Assembly: GCA_002794465.1 (NCBI GenBank)
Contig: MTSL01000048.1
Coordinates: 50,535-82,534 of the forward strand
Reading direction: 5' to 3'
From: Paramicrosporidium saccamoebae KSL3
Taxonomy: Eukaryota; Fungi; Cryptomycota
DNA length: 32,000 bases
The notes under the pieces were generated by a model. That model searched no databases and was not told where the DNA came from. It saw nothing but the letters and a program-made list of their open reading frames with translations. This document shows, piece by piece, positions 10,331 to 19,139 of the stretch. Position 1 is the stretch's first letter, and every line of letters begins with the position of its first letter. Both the position numbers and the translations under genes were made by a program.

Positions 10331-11278
10331 ATGAAGTGGTCAGGAATTTTGCTTTCGCTAGCCACTGTTGCGTCAGCGAGCAAGGTGCTTTTTGAATACG
10401 ACGGCAAAGAGCTGCCAATTACGGGACCTAAAAAACAATTTGAATATCTACCTATCAAAGATAGGCAGTCCCTGGGCCAGGACGGAAGACTGAGCATCAC
10501 CGCTGAGGGACTAGTGATTGACAGCAACCCGTTCAGGCATACAGTCCATTCTTACCAAGACCGCATCAAATTTCATATTGGATCCAGAAATCCAATTGAA
10601 CTTAATGGCATCACGACCGTTCATATGACTGGCAGTGTCCAGACATTTGGGGTTGAGAACCATCCCTTTGGCGACCAGGTTTCCAATCCTCAAAGCGACC
10701 CACGACTCGCTGCCGCAGCAATCACGGCCTATGGGGAGACTGGGGAACATTTTAGCTTTACATTCACTAATCAAAAGATATATGCGGGGATCAATGCGAT
10801 GCAAAGAGATGCGCTAACGGAGGCGATGACAGGTTTTACCGAATACCGCATTCCTCTGCTAGTCGATACGCAGGCTGGTAAGCAGCACGCCGTTCGGTTG
10901 ATATTTGACAAACTTTGGAAACGAGTTTTGTGGTACGTCGACGGACAGCTGATGTACGAGTGGAGGGAAGGCTCGGTTATTTCCAAAAATTATTGTGTTA
11001 CCAGATTTGGCTCTAAAATATCTCCCACTTTTCCTCGTGGAAAAACCATCAAGATTGGACTTGGGACTTCATCGGGATTAATGTCCTACGCGCCACGAGT
11101 GGGTGAATCCAAAGAGGATAGAGCACTGGTCATGTTGGAACCTGGCATGATCAATCCTAATGACGATGAAAAGGCCAATTATGTTAGTGAGTCAAGGGAG
11201 GAGGCATGGCGTCTGTGGGATCACGGTGCTGTTTTCACAGTCGGGAATGTAAAAGTCACCCAAACGTACAACGTCTAA
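10331..11278 (+). CDS. Secreted tandem-array paralog 5 (subfamily D)
   Basis: ATG 10331, signal peptide MKWSGILLSLATVASA. Motifs KVLFEYDG, DRIKFH, HPFGDQVSNPQSDPRLAA, FTNQKIYA, YRIPL, VLWYVDG, WDHGA. Confidence 0.85.
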   Translation: MKWSGILLSLATVASASKVLFEYDGKELPITGPKKQFEYLPIKDRQSLGQDGRLSITAEGLVIDSNPFRHTVHSYQDRIKFHIGSRNPIELNGITTVHMTGSVQTFGVENHPFGDQVSNPQSDPRLAAAAITAYGETGEHFSFTFTNQKIYAGINAMQRDALTEAMTGFTEYRIPLLVDTQAGKQHAVRLIFDKLWKRVLWYVDGQLMYEWREGSVISKNYCVTRFGSKISPTFPRGKTIKIGLGTSSGLMSYAPRVGESKEDRALVMLEPGMINPNDDEKANYVSESREEAWRLWDHGAVFTVGNVKVTQTYNV

Positions 11279-11496
11279 ATGGATTCGGATGCCACATCAT
11301 AATTAGATTGAGGTGTTGCGTGACCGTGCCTAAAATATATTGCTAGTCTGACCGATAATTTCACTGAATAAAGCAATCGCATTTCAAGCAATTTTCTCGA
11401 TTCGAAAGGATCTCTAAATTGCATGTAATCTAGCAAACCTATCTCATTATAATGCCATTTATATAATAAATGACGTACTTTATACGACATTGCACA

Positions 11497-12441
11497 ATGC
11501 TTCTCTGGACAGCGCTTCAGCTAGTATCGTTCGTGTCCGGTGCCAAGGTACTTTTCCAGTATAGAGGAAACAGGCTGTGTTCCATCGGCCCAAAGGGTTC
11601 TTTTAAATATTTTGAGGGTCCTGGCTTTACTGCGAATGACGGAGAGCTCTCAGTTGAAGGCGGATGTCTTGTCGTGAACAGCTATCCATTTAAGCAAAGT
11701 CGGTCCGATATATCTGATACCACCAAGTTTCACTTGTCCACAAATCGTGCCTTTCAATACAAAACAGGGAAGGTGATTGTTCAAATGACTGGCAGCGCAA
11801 TAATGCACGGTGTAGAAGATAACCCCTTCGGAGAGGGTTACGCGCTTTCTAGGATTGACTCACGACTAGCCACTTCCGTGTTTGGTGTGCGGGATGCTTG
11901 TGGGCAGGCGTTTAACTTTCTTATTGTAAATGGCGAGGTCAGCGCTATGATCCACGCACCGTTCAGTACATCACCCGGCCCAACTGTTACCAGTACCATG
12001 TCCTATAACATTCCGCTGGTCAATACGCAGGCGGGGGAAGAGCACACTTTGGCCCTGATTTTTGATGCTGCTGCTCAGTCAGTGTCCTGGTCGGTTGACG
12101 GGACAATCCACTACACCTGGACAGTCGATTCACAGATCCCTCAAGAGAACTGTGTCCTTCGGTGGGGCGATCCAAACCGCTTCACCTACCCAAGAAAGTT
12201 TACTGTCGGGTTCGGGAACTATGCAGGCTTAGCATACTATCCGCCCGTGAGCGCCGCTAAAGCCTTTGATGTAGAATACAAAGGACTCGTAAATCTCCCT
12301 TCTCTACCAATGCTTCTAAATCCGCAAACCGGTGAACCTGCAGAGTTCATTACTGACTCGAGTGAGCAAAAAGCCCGTGTCTGGGATCGAGGAGCTGTCC
12401 TGAGAATCAGGGACATTATTGTCACTCATAATGACGCGTAA
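11497..12441 (+). CDS. Secreted tandem-array paralog 6 (subfamily B)
   Basis: ATG 11497, signal peptide MLLWTALQLVSFVSGA. Collinear with paralog 3, with near-identical C-terminal blocks. Confidence 0.85.
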   Translation: MLLWTALQLVSFVSGAKVLFQYRGNRLCSIGPKGSFKYFEGPGFTANDGELSVEGGCLVVNSYPFKQSRSDISDTTKFHLSTNRAFQYKTGKVIVQMTGSAIMHGVEDNPFGEGYALSRIDSRLATSVFGVRDACGQAFNFLIVNGEVSAMIHAPFSTSPGPTVTSTMSYNIPLVNTQAGEEHTLALIFDAAAQSVSWSVDGTIHYTWTVDSQIPQENCVLRWGDPNRFTYPRKFTVGFGNYAGLAYYPPVSAAKAFDVEYKGLVNLPSLPMLLNPQTGEPAEFITDSSEQKARVWDRGAVLRIRDIIVTHNDA

Positions 12442-12773
12442 ACCTTTTTGAGGTAAAGATTCCTTATTTGGAGAATGGGGAGAGTCGAAGGCTATATAAA
12501 AAACTCTCTATTGGAATCTTGGTTTGCAGTTACATCCTCGTACGCATACGTGAGAGCCTTGGATTAGGCCCAAGATTTAATTATCCAGTCGCGCGCTCAG
12601 CTGGGCTGCATAGGCCATTTTACTGTTACCATAATGAACAAAGAGATGTAATATTTCATGCTTGTAACATCTTTGTATTAAATGGACCAATGAAAAGGAG
12701 TCTGGCTAGAATCCATTAAGATGCAATCTCGAGATACCGATACCACCCCCTCGGATTAGTGGCTGGATTTAAT

Positions 12774-13688
12774 ATGCGGTTGCGGATTCTTCTTGCCTTG
12801 ACTACCGTTGCGTCGGCGAGCACCAAGCTTTTCGAGTATAATGGCAGCGAGAACCCGATTGCATTCCCCAATGGGAAATTTCGCTGTCTTGACTCGCCTT
12901 ATAATGAAGACACTGGTGAGAATATCCCTCAGAGCCAGAATGGAGATTTATGTCCCACTCCCGAAGGACTAATTATTGAGTGCAGCCCGTCCCACCTCAT
13001 TCAACCACAGTTCGTTCCAGGAGCTCAGTTCTTCATGTATACCGACGCTCAGTTTCCCGTCCAGCCCGGTAAGCTGGCCATAGAAATGACAAGCAGTGTC
13101 CATATTTATGGAGTTGAGGACCATCCCTTTGGTGACAAAGTTCAGGACCCGCACAAGGACCCACTTCTTGCATGCACCGCTATTACTGTGCATCCACACA
13201 GTGACATGCTGTTCAGCTTTGTATTCACCAATGAAGCGATCTATGCTTTTGTTACTAAATTACTAACGAGACCTGAGCAGCCAGGCGCTCAATATCTAAT
13301 TCCGTTGATCACTACGCGAGCTGGGGCAGTGCATACGACCAAATTTATATTGAATAATGATTCGAAGAGTATCAACTGGCTCATTGATGGGGAACAGCAA
13401 TACTCGTGGCAACAAGGCGCAGAGATTAGCGAAATCTACTTACTTAGACGACCCGGTGAGAATGCGGTCTTCCAGTTTCCCACAGGTAAAGTCGGAGCCT
13501 CGGTTGGAATTTTGAGTTTTTGGGACGAGCTTAAGGGGGAGCGCACGACGTCACTCGATCTTGATACTCTGGGGGTAAATCCTACCTTTGGTGAGCAAGC
13601 CCAGAAGTTGGCAGAGTCAGTTGACAATAAATGGAGTCCGAAAGTCATTTTCACCATCAACAGCATCACAGTCACTCAAGAATACTAA
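12774..13688 (+). CDS. Secreted tandem-array paralog 7 (subfamily C)
   Basis: ATG 12774, signal peptide MRLRILLALTTVASA. Collinear with paralog 4, including 5' and 3' flanks. Confidence 0.85.
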   Translation: MRLRILLALTTVASASTKLFEYNGSENPIAFPNGKFRCLDSPYNEDTGENIPQSQNGDLCPTPEGLIIECSPSHLIQPQFVPGAQFFMYTDAQFPVQPGKLAIEMTSSVHIYGVEDHPFGDKVQDPHKDPLLACTAITVHPHSDMLFSFVFTNEAIYAFVTKLLTRPEQPGAQYLIPLITTRAGAVHTTKFILNNDSKSINWLIDGEQQYSWQQGAEISEIYLLRRPGENAVFQFPTGKVGASVGILSFWDELKGERTTSLDLDTLGVNPTFGEQAQKLAESVDNKWSPKVIFTINSITVTQEY

Positions 13689-13996
13689 CTAAATGGAAAT
13701 GCCACATAAGTAAAATTTACATCCACATGTCAGTTCAATGGATAGGTCTTTAGGGATAGGCCACCATCCCTCAATTTAGGAAAGCCTGCTGCCGCAAATA
13801 GTAGATGCGTACTGGACAACCGTTAAACGTTCAAAATCTCGATCCAGTAACCCACACGGAGTATTCAAGTTTAAGGGTCGGCTCCTTAGACCGGCCAGTG
13901 TATATTGATAGACCAGAGATTTTGATAAGGAGCATTTACCACACCCTACGCTTGACGACAATGTTCGTAATCATTGGTAAGAGTTAAGATGGTAAT

Positions 13997-14218
13997 GTAG
14001 AGGACCGATTGCCATGTTCTTTGAAAATAGTTCCTAGTTTGGGGACTACATATTGGTGTGATAGGGTGAATCGATTGGCTGGGTATTTGAGAGCAGTGAG
14101 AGCTGTATTCTTGCGATTTTAGAATTAGCGGCGAACGAGTTCTTATCCCGCTCCATGTCACCCCATCTCGTCTCTTCCCACCTGACAAGGTCCGTGGTAC
14201 TATTCCCATTACGCGACA
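13997..14218 (+). repeat. Dispersed repeat R2 (~200 nt), copy 1
   Basis: Aligns with reverse complement of 16588-16776 along its length and with 29505-29711 at both ends (14171-14218 vs 29664-29711: 39/48 identical). Confidence 0.75.
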
Positions 14219-14357
14219 TGTGGATCCTTTCTTTTAATTGATAATCTTTACTAATTGTCCATAAATAAAATTTCAGCAAATCGTGCCACTATTTCACACT
14301 GTAATGATTAAAGTAAAAGAAATTATCAGTCGCTTCGTTTTGGTGGATGCCGTTTGA

Positions 14358-16286
14358 ATGGAAGAACGACGCAAAGTCACCACGACACAACTTTACAACC
14401 GTATCTTGGAATGCGAAGAGCGTTTTGACCGTCTTTCCTTTGACCTGCTCGCCAGCATGCGCTCTGGAGACCATGGCCGGGTTCAGTGGCTCGAAGCTCG
14501 ATATCTTTTAAAATTGCTCCATGAAGAGTTGCTGACAGCAGATGTGGAGTTTGTAGCCAAGAGCCAGTTGCTTGAGCCGTTGTGGAGACGGCTTTACTAC
14601 GGGGTGGTGGAACAGGCTCGGAGGGCAGAGGATGAACAAGTGGGGTTGGAGGTGCTGGCCTTGATTGACGAGGGTCTTGGGTTCTTTATGATCCTGTGCT
14701 ACAGGCTGCAGAAGGCTCTCGATGCGTTCAAGGACGATATGCCCCTATTTATCAGAACAATTTCGAAAAAAAAAGTAGTGCCGGTGGATCTTGTTAATGG
14801 TCTTATCTATGAGAGTCTCGTATACATGGGAGATCTGATGCGATATCGACACGGTTCTGTCTCAACCCAGCAGGCTGATTTGTCGCTGGCTGAGGGACAG
14901 TACAAACGAGCAGCCAAGTTACTTCCTGACCTTGGTCATGCCTACAACCAGCTAGCAGTTTTGTGTTGCATCCAAGATGAAGTCCTTCACGCCATCACAT
15001 ATTACCTGCGGGCAGCCATGTCCGTGACGCCATTCCCAAAGTCTACCGATAATCTGCTGGCAATTTGTCGTCGAGTGGTCAACATCCCCGAGGAACGGCT
15101 TGCACTCTCAGAGGACCCTGCGATGGCGGCATTCTTTGGTCTTTTAGCGCGATTGATGGCAGCAGTGATTGTGCACGACACTACCAGAAACACACAGTCG
15201 GTTCATCTCGAATCAATCACTAGCGGACTGGCAAAGCTCTTGCCGAGGTTGCAATTCGACTTGAAACCGAAAGAATTGGATGTTCTGCACCATTTGCTGA
15301 TGGGGATGATTCTCTCGGTAGAGTTCTTGCAACACCAAAGTGATGATGGACGCTCTCGCTATCTGTCAGCCAGTCAGATGCGTTTAGTGTTATGGATCAT
15401 TTGCTGCTGTGAAAAGTTTCTGTTGACAAAAATGATTTCAATCGTCTCGCCAGTCTGTCTTTGGTTTACACGGAGCGATATAATCAAGAGAATTCTTAGC
15501 ACTGATGCGGTTACCATACCGTTCGATGAGGCCTGGTCGAGATTCCTGCGGGTATTGGCGGAATCTCGTGCAGAATTGGGGGATCTGTCAGTTAGCTGCA
15601 CCAACGAGCTCTTGCTAGGGACAAGGCCCTTTGGACATTTTGAATTGGAATCGCCGCAGGATTGTATTAAGAAGGCGATTAAAGTGCTCGCTGATGAACA
15701 TTTCCTCCTCATCTATGACCCTGATGCCGACAGCTACTACTTGCGAGAAGAGACGAGCAGAAAAGACCTGCTGGGGACCCGCTTAGCAAAACAGAAACTT
15801 ACCAGGGAGGTTTTAAGCCTACAAAGTTCTATTCCAAAAGAAGTGTTATTCGAGTCTACTTGGCATTTGGTCGATGCTGAGACACTGTTGAAATTTTGGA
15901 ACTTGATCGAACCGCGTCTGGAGGCCCGCTCGTTTCGATTGATCATTACCCTTGCCGTTCTGCGATTCCTGGATGTTGCTAAAGCCGATCCCGGACATAT
16001 GATTGTCGCACGGCAGATTATGCGCTGCATTGCGTCGTTTAGCAAAAAGATTGACTCTCCCGTTCATTTGCAACATCCCTCAGAGATTAGCGAGACTGCG
16101 CTCCCTGCTCTGGCGAAACATCACAAGGCGCTCTTGTCGGCATATTATTTCTACAAACAGCCGCGGGGTTTGAAACCGTTGGTTATTCTATCCAACGATC
16201 CACTCTTGGATGGGATACTGAGCAAGCTTAACGTTGATCATGTTTCCAATATTGAAAAATATCTACTACCAAAACAATCGCAATAA
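14358..16286 (+). CDS. EST1/SMG5-SMG7 family protein (14-3-3-like TPR domain plus degenerate C-terminal PIN domain)
   Basis: EPLWRRLYY, LVYMGDLMRY, YKRAAKLLPDLGHAYNQLAVL, YYLRAAMSVTPFPKSTDNL match the EST1 domain. WHLVDAETLL, LIITLAVLRFLD and VILSND are PIN-like strands. Confidence 0.8.
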   Translation: MEERRKVTTTQLYNRILECEERFDRLSFDLLASMRSGDHGRVQWLEARYLLKLLHEELLTADVEFVAKSQLLEPLWRRLYYGVVEQARRAEDEQVGLEVLALIDEGLGFFMILCYRLQKALDAFKDDMPLFIRTISKKKVVPVDLVNGLIYESLVYMGDLMRYRHGSVSTQQADLSLAEGQYKRAAKLLPDLGHAYNQLAVLCCIQDEVLHAITYYLRAAMSVTPFPKSTDNLLAICRRVVNIPEERLALSEDPAMAAFFGLLARLMAAVIVHDTTRNTQSVHLESITSGLAKLLPRLQFDLKPKELDVLHHLLMGMILSVEFLQHQSDDGRSRYLSASQMRLVLWIICCCEKFLLTKMISIVSPVCLWFTRSDIIKRILSTDAVTIPFDEAWSRFLRVLAESRAELGDLSVSCTNELLLGTRPFGHFELESPQDCIKKAIKVLADEHFLLIYDPDADSYYLREETSRKDLLGTRLAKQKLTREVLSLQSSIPKEVLFESTWHLVDAETLLKFWNLIEPRLEARSFRLIITLAVLRFLDVAKADPGHMIVARQIMRCIASFSKKIDSPVHLQHPSEISETALPALAKHHKALLSAYYFYKQPRGLKPLVILSNDPLLDGILSKLNVDHVSNIEKYLLPKQSQ

Positions 16287-16427
16287 AGTTGGCGTTTGTA
16301 CTAAAGATCCTGCTAGTGGGTAGAAAAGGTACCTTGTTAAAAATTGTGATTGGGGCCTGGATTGGGATTGTCAACGACAGGCAGAATTTGTAGCTAAACA
16401 AAAGATTACCTTAATGATGGAATATTT

Positions 16428-16505
16428 ATAGGTAGCCATTCTCAATATGACTGGCAAGAGCTCCAAGCATTAGCGGATACTACCTTACAATGGCTTTTAC
16501 TCAAG
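16428..16505 (-). repeat. Internally deleted R1 fragment
   Basis: ataggtagccattctcaatatgact (16428-16451) matches the reverse complement of the R1 core at ~29.95-29.97 kb with 2 mismatches. Reverse-strand gagtaaa...agtatccgct resembles the R1 5' end. Confidence 0.55.
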
Positions 16506-16587
16506 CTTTAGCGCTTGTTGCGGCCACCAGCACAATTGGATAATTATATCCTTCCTCAGATTACGCATCCGAGTAAAGGTAATTGAG

Positions 16588-16776
16588 TGTTGCGTAGTGG
16601 GGATAATACTACAGACGGGAAGGGGGGTTGTTCACTGCTAATCCTATAATAGTATGGAGACACATCTCACTGTCCTCAAACACTCAGTTCATCAGTCCAC
16701 TTTATCACACAAATGTGTCGTCTCCAAACTAGGGAACCATTCTCAAATACCCAGCCAATCAATCCTCTACGTCACA
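16588..16776 (-). repeat. Dispersed repeat R2, copy 2 (inverted)
   Basis: 16721-16776 reverse complement vs 29505-29560: 43/56 ungapped. 16741-16760 is an exact 20-nt inverted match to 14073-14092. The gtattatccccactacgc block is shared with ~29690-29709. Confidence 0.75.
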
Positions 16777-16813
16777 TAAGCATAGCAGATTGGCTGACGA
16801 ATTAGCCAAATCC

Positions 16814-17868
16814 ATGTTTCCAGTATCGGAGAATACCAAGCTCTGGGAGGCAGTAAAGAATGAACATGTTTACAGTTTTTAGGTCTCGAACCAATACGAG
16901 TTGTCTCTTTTGGCAGTGGCCATCGAGCGTGGACTCATTAAAGCGCTTTCTGAAGGACCAAAGAGCCGAGACGATATTACAGCAGTGGGTATATTTGGAC
17001 CTCGAGCATACGATGCAATTGTCCCAGCTCTCATCTGCGACGGATATCTCATTAGAATCGACGGAAAATTGTACTTGACTGGTATATTGACTGGCCGTTC
17101 TTAATACTAGCACTGGGACAAACATTCTTAAAAGTTGGCAGCCCTTATAGCTGGGAAACAGTAATCAACTGTTTTGCCGTTGAACCCACAGCCATCCTGC
17201 ACAAGATTGACAACGAGATTCACGGCGAAGATCGAAATGCCAGCAAAGTACCGAGGAACTGGCGCATCAATGGCCCATCGGACTGTGAAGCGGCAAATTT
17301 CGCAAGTCTTATGAACAGCAAGTCAGCCGCACCTGCTGAAGCATTTGCCACAATAGATTTCCGCACTCTGTTTGGCACGAGGCGGCTTTTGGATATTGGT
17401 GGTGGGGCCGGTACTTATTCAGATCGGATTGCGGCTAAACACGATATCCAATGCACAGTGCTGGAAATGTCTGCAATGGCAAGATGCGTCCCGCAATATT
17501 GCAACTCGAGAGTAGAGGTAGTGACAGGCGATGCCTTACAATCACTACCTACAGGATACGACACCCATTTGCTTTGCGACACATTGCACATGTTTGATCG
17601 CAACGATGCACTCGCCATCTTGCGCAATTGCTACTCTGCACTGCCTGCTGGCGGAGTTCTTCTTATCAGCAGTTCAATGCTCGATGACGGCGGCTGTTCA
17701 CCACGCAACTCGGTGTACTTTTATGTGCACATGTTTGTGACTGGCGCTGGTTCACGGTACACGCCGACTGAATTCAGGGAGCTACTCAGTGAGGCTGGGT
17801 TTGGGGAAATTCAGTTTCAGCCCTACTATGCCCACTACATGCTGGTTAGCGCGAGTAAACAAAGATGA
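16814..17868 (+). CDS. SAM-dependent O-methyltransferase (Methyltransf_2-like, N-terminal dimerisation/wHTH domain); introns 16853-16882 and 17082-17110
   Basis: Removing two GT-AG introns (30 and 29 nt) gives one 331-aa ORF: MFPVSENTKLWEAVSNQYELSLLAVAIERGL..L.EGPKS...YLTALGQTFL..GSPYS...RLLDIGGGAG...GDAL..LP.GYD...LHMFD...LP.GG.L. Confidence 0.85.
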
Positions 17869-17911
17869 GGGTGTGAAAAGGATAAATGTATTGCTATTGC
17901 CTTATTACCGA

Positions 17912-17970
17912 ATCCCTGCATCCCTGCATCCCTGTATTACTGTATTACTGTATTACTGTATTACTGTATT
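17912..17970 (+). repeat. 8-nt-period tandem repeat (ATCCCTGC drifting to ATTACTGT)
   Basis: atccctgc x2, atccctgt, attactgt x4, ending just before ATG 17972. Confidence 0.9.
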
Positions 17971-17971
17971 G

Positions 17972-19003
17972 ATGTATTTTTTGGTAAAGGGTCATGAAAG
18001 GCAAGTCTCACTGGAATGCCAGCAAAACGCTTCTATATTAGAGCGAGTAAGGGGCAAGGTTGGGGACGAATACACTGTTTTGGAGACGGATAAAACTATC
18101 GTTGCCTCCTTGGAAGAGACACTTGACGTATATTTTAGCATTGCCGAAAAGGGACACGTTACTGTGTTCAAATTGGAATCTGGGGATGACTGTATCCTTC
18201 CAAGGATGATTCCCGGAGCAAATAATGACACTCGGCAAATAATCGTATTTGCTACTGATAATCCTGATGGCTTGCGCCTATATCAAACGAACTTTGGTGA
18301 TGAATTATTGCCAATAGTTGTACCTGATGCAAGAATCCTCACTGTTGAGCCGCAGGCGGCAATGACTGAAATTTATTTCTCCTTCAGTGGGAAGCCGTCA
18401 CTACTCGTGGTGGGTGTCTTTTCCGTCACTGCTTCCAAAGCCGCTGCACCGTTAGACACGCTGTTTGTCATAGAGGGCGAGGGGCCTAATGAAGCATTCC
18501 TTGATGACTCTTTTGTTGACTTGCCCTGTTTCCTGCCACCAATTGCAGATGAATTGCTCTCCGAGCTAGTTGCTGCAAATAGTGTTCATGTTGGGCCATT
18601 TGACTATCGTTGCTATGAGCTGGTGGCCCTTCAAGCTCTTCCGAAACTACAGCACGCGGTTCTCAGTGATTCCTTCCGGGACCATATTGCCAGTCTCACT
18701 GGTCTAACGTTGGTGGGCATATCATCTTTGGAGCTGCGCAGGATCACACCGGGATCTTATCAGTTACTGAACGATGAATATACTGAACCTGCCGGTTTGG
18801 ACGTGGTGATGACGCTGGGTGAGGGAGAAGGCGCCGTGCACTATCTAGTGGATGGAGAGCAAGTTGCAGAGGTAAAAGCTTTACATAACAGAATGGCTTT
18901 GGCATATCGGGTGGAAGGCTGTACGCGGTTCATGTCCTACGTGTCCCAGCGTGCAGAATCTACATATTACCAGCTGGTTGTCACGTTCAAAGTCAAAGAA
19001 TGA
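17972..19003 (+). CDS. Tpa1/Ofd1/OGFOD1-like protein, apparently lacking the HxD...H iron ligands
   Basis: C-terminal ELRRITPG.YQL..LDVVMTL...Y.....VKALHNRMALAYRVEGCTRFMSYVS matches the Ofd1 C-terminal domain. The N-terminal half looks like a degenerate double-stranded beta-helix domain with no HxD. Confidence 0.7.
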   Translation: MYFLVKGHERQVSLECQQNASILERVRGKVGDEYTVLETDKTIVASLEETLDVYFSIAEKGHVTVFKLESGDDCILPRMIPGANNDTRQIIVFATDNPDGLRLYQTNFGDELLPIVVPDARILTVEPQAAMTEIYFSFSGKPSLLVVGVFSVTASKAAAPLDTLFVIEGEGPNEAFLDDSFVDLPCFLPPIADELLSELVAANSVHVGPFDYRCYELVALQALPKLQHAVLSDSFRDHIASLTGLTLVGISSLELRRITPGSYQLLNDEYTEPAGLDVVMTLGEGEGAVHYLVDGEQVAEVKALHNRMALAYRVEGCTRFMSYVSQRAESTYYQLVVTFKVKE

Positions 19004-19139
19004 ATAAAGTGTGTGTTTTGCAGTAAAATCCGTGCTTCTGATTTGAATCCTTTATTTCTGATTTGCATAAATGATATACTCTCTCACATACTTACACACG
19101 ACGACTCTAGCGGCACCTTAGCTCGCCCCTTTTATAATG

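Noticed and set aside
4735-12773. ORF-track starts upstream of array genes (4735, 6096, 7529, 8827, 10319, 11470, 12759)
   Set aside because: Downstream ATGs place the signal peptide at the N-terminus and align across paralogs.
17789-17971. N-terminal extension of the 404-aa ORF
   Set aside because: Overlaps the methyltransferase 3' end and translates the 8-mer repeat; ATG 17972 is more plausible.
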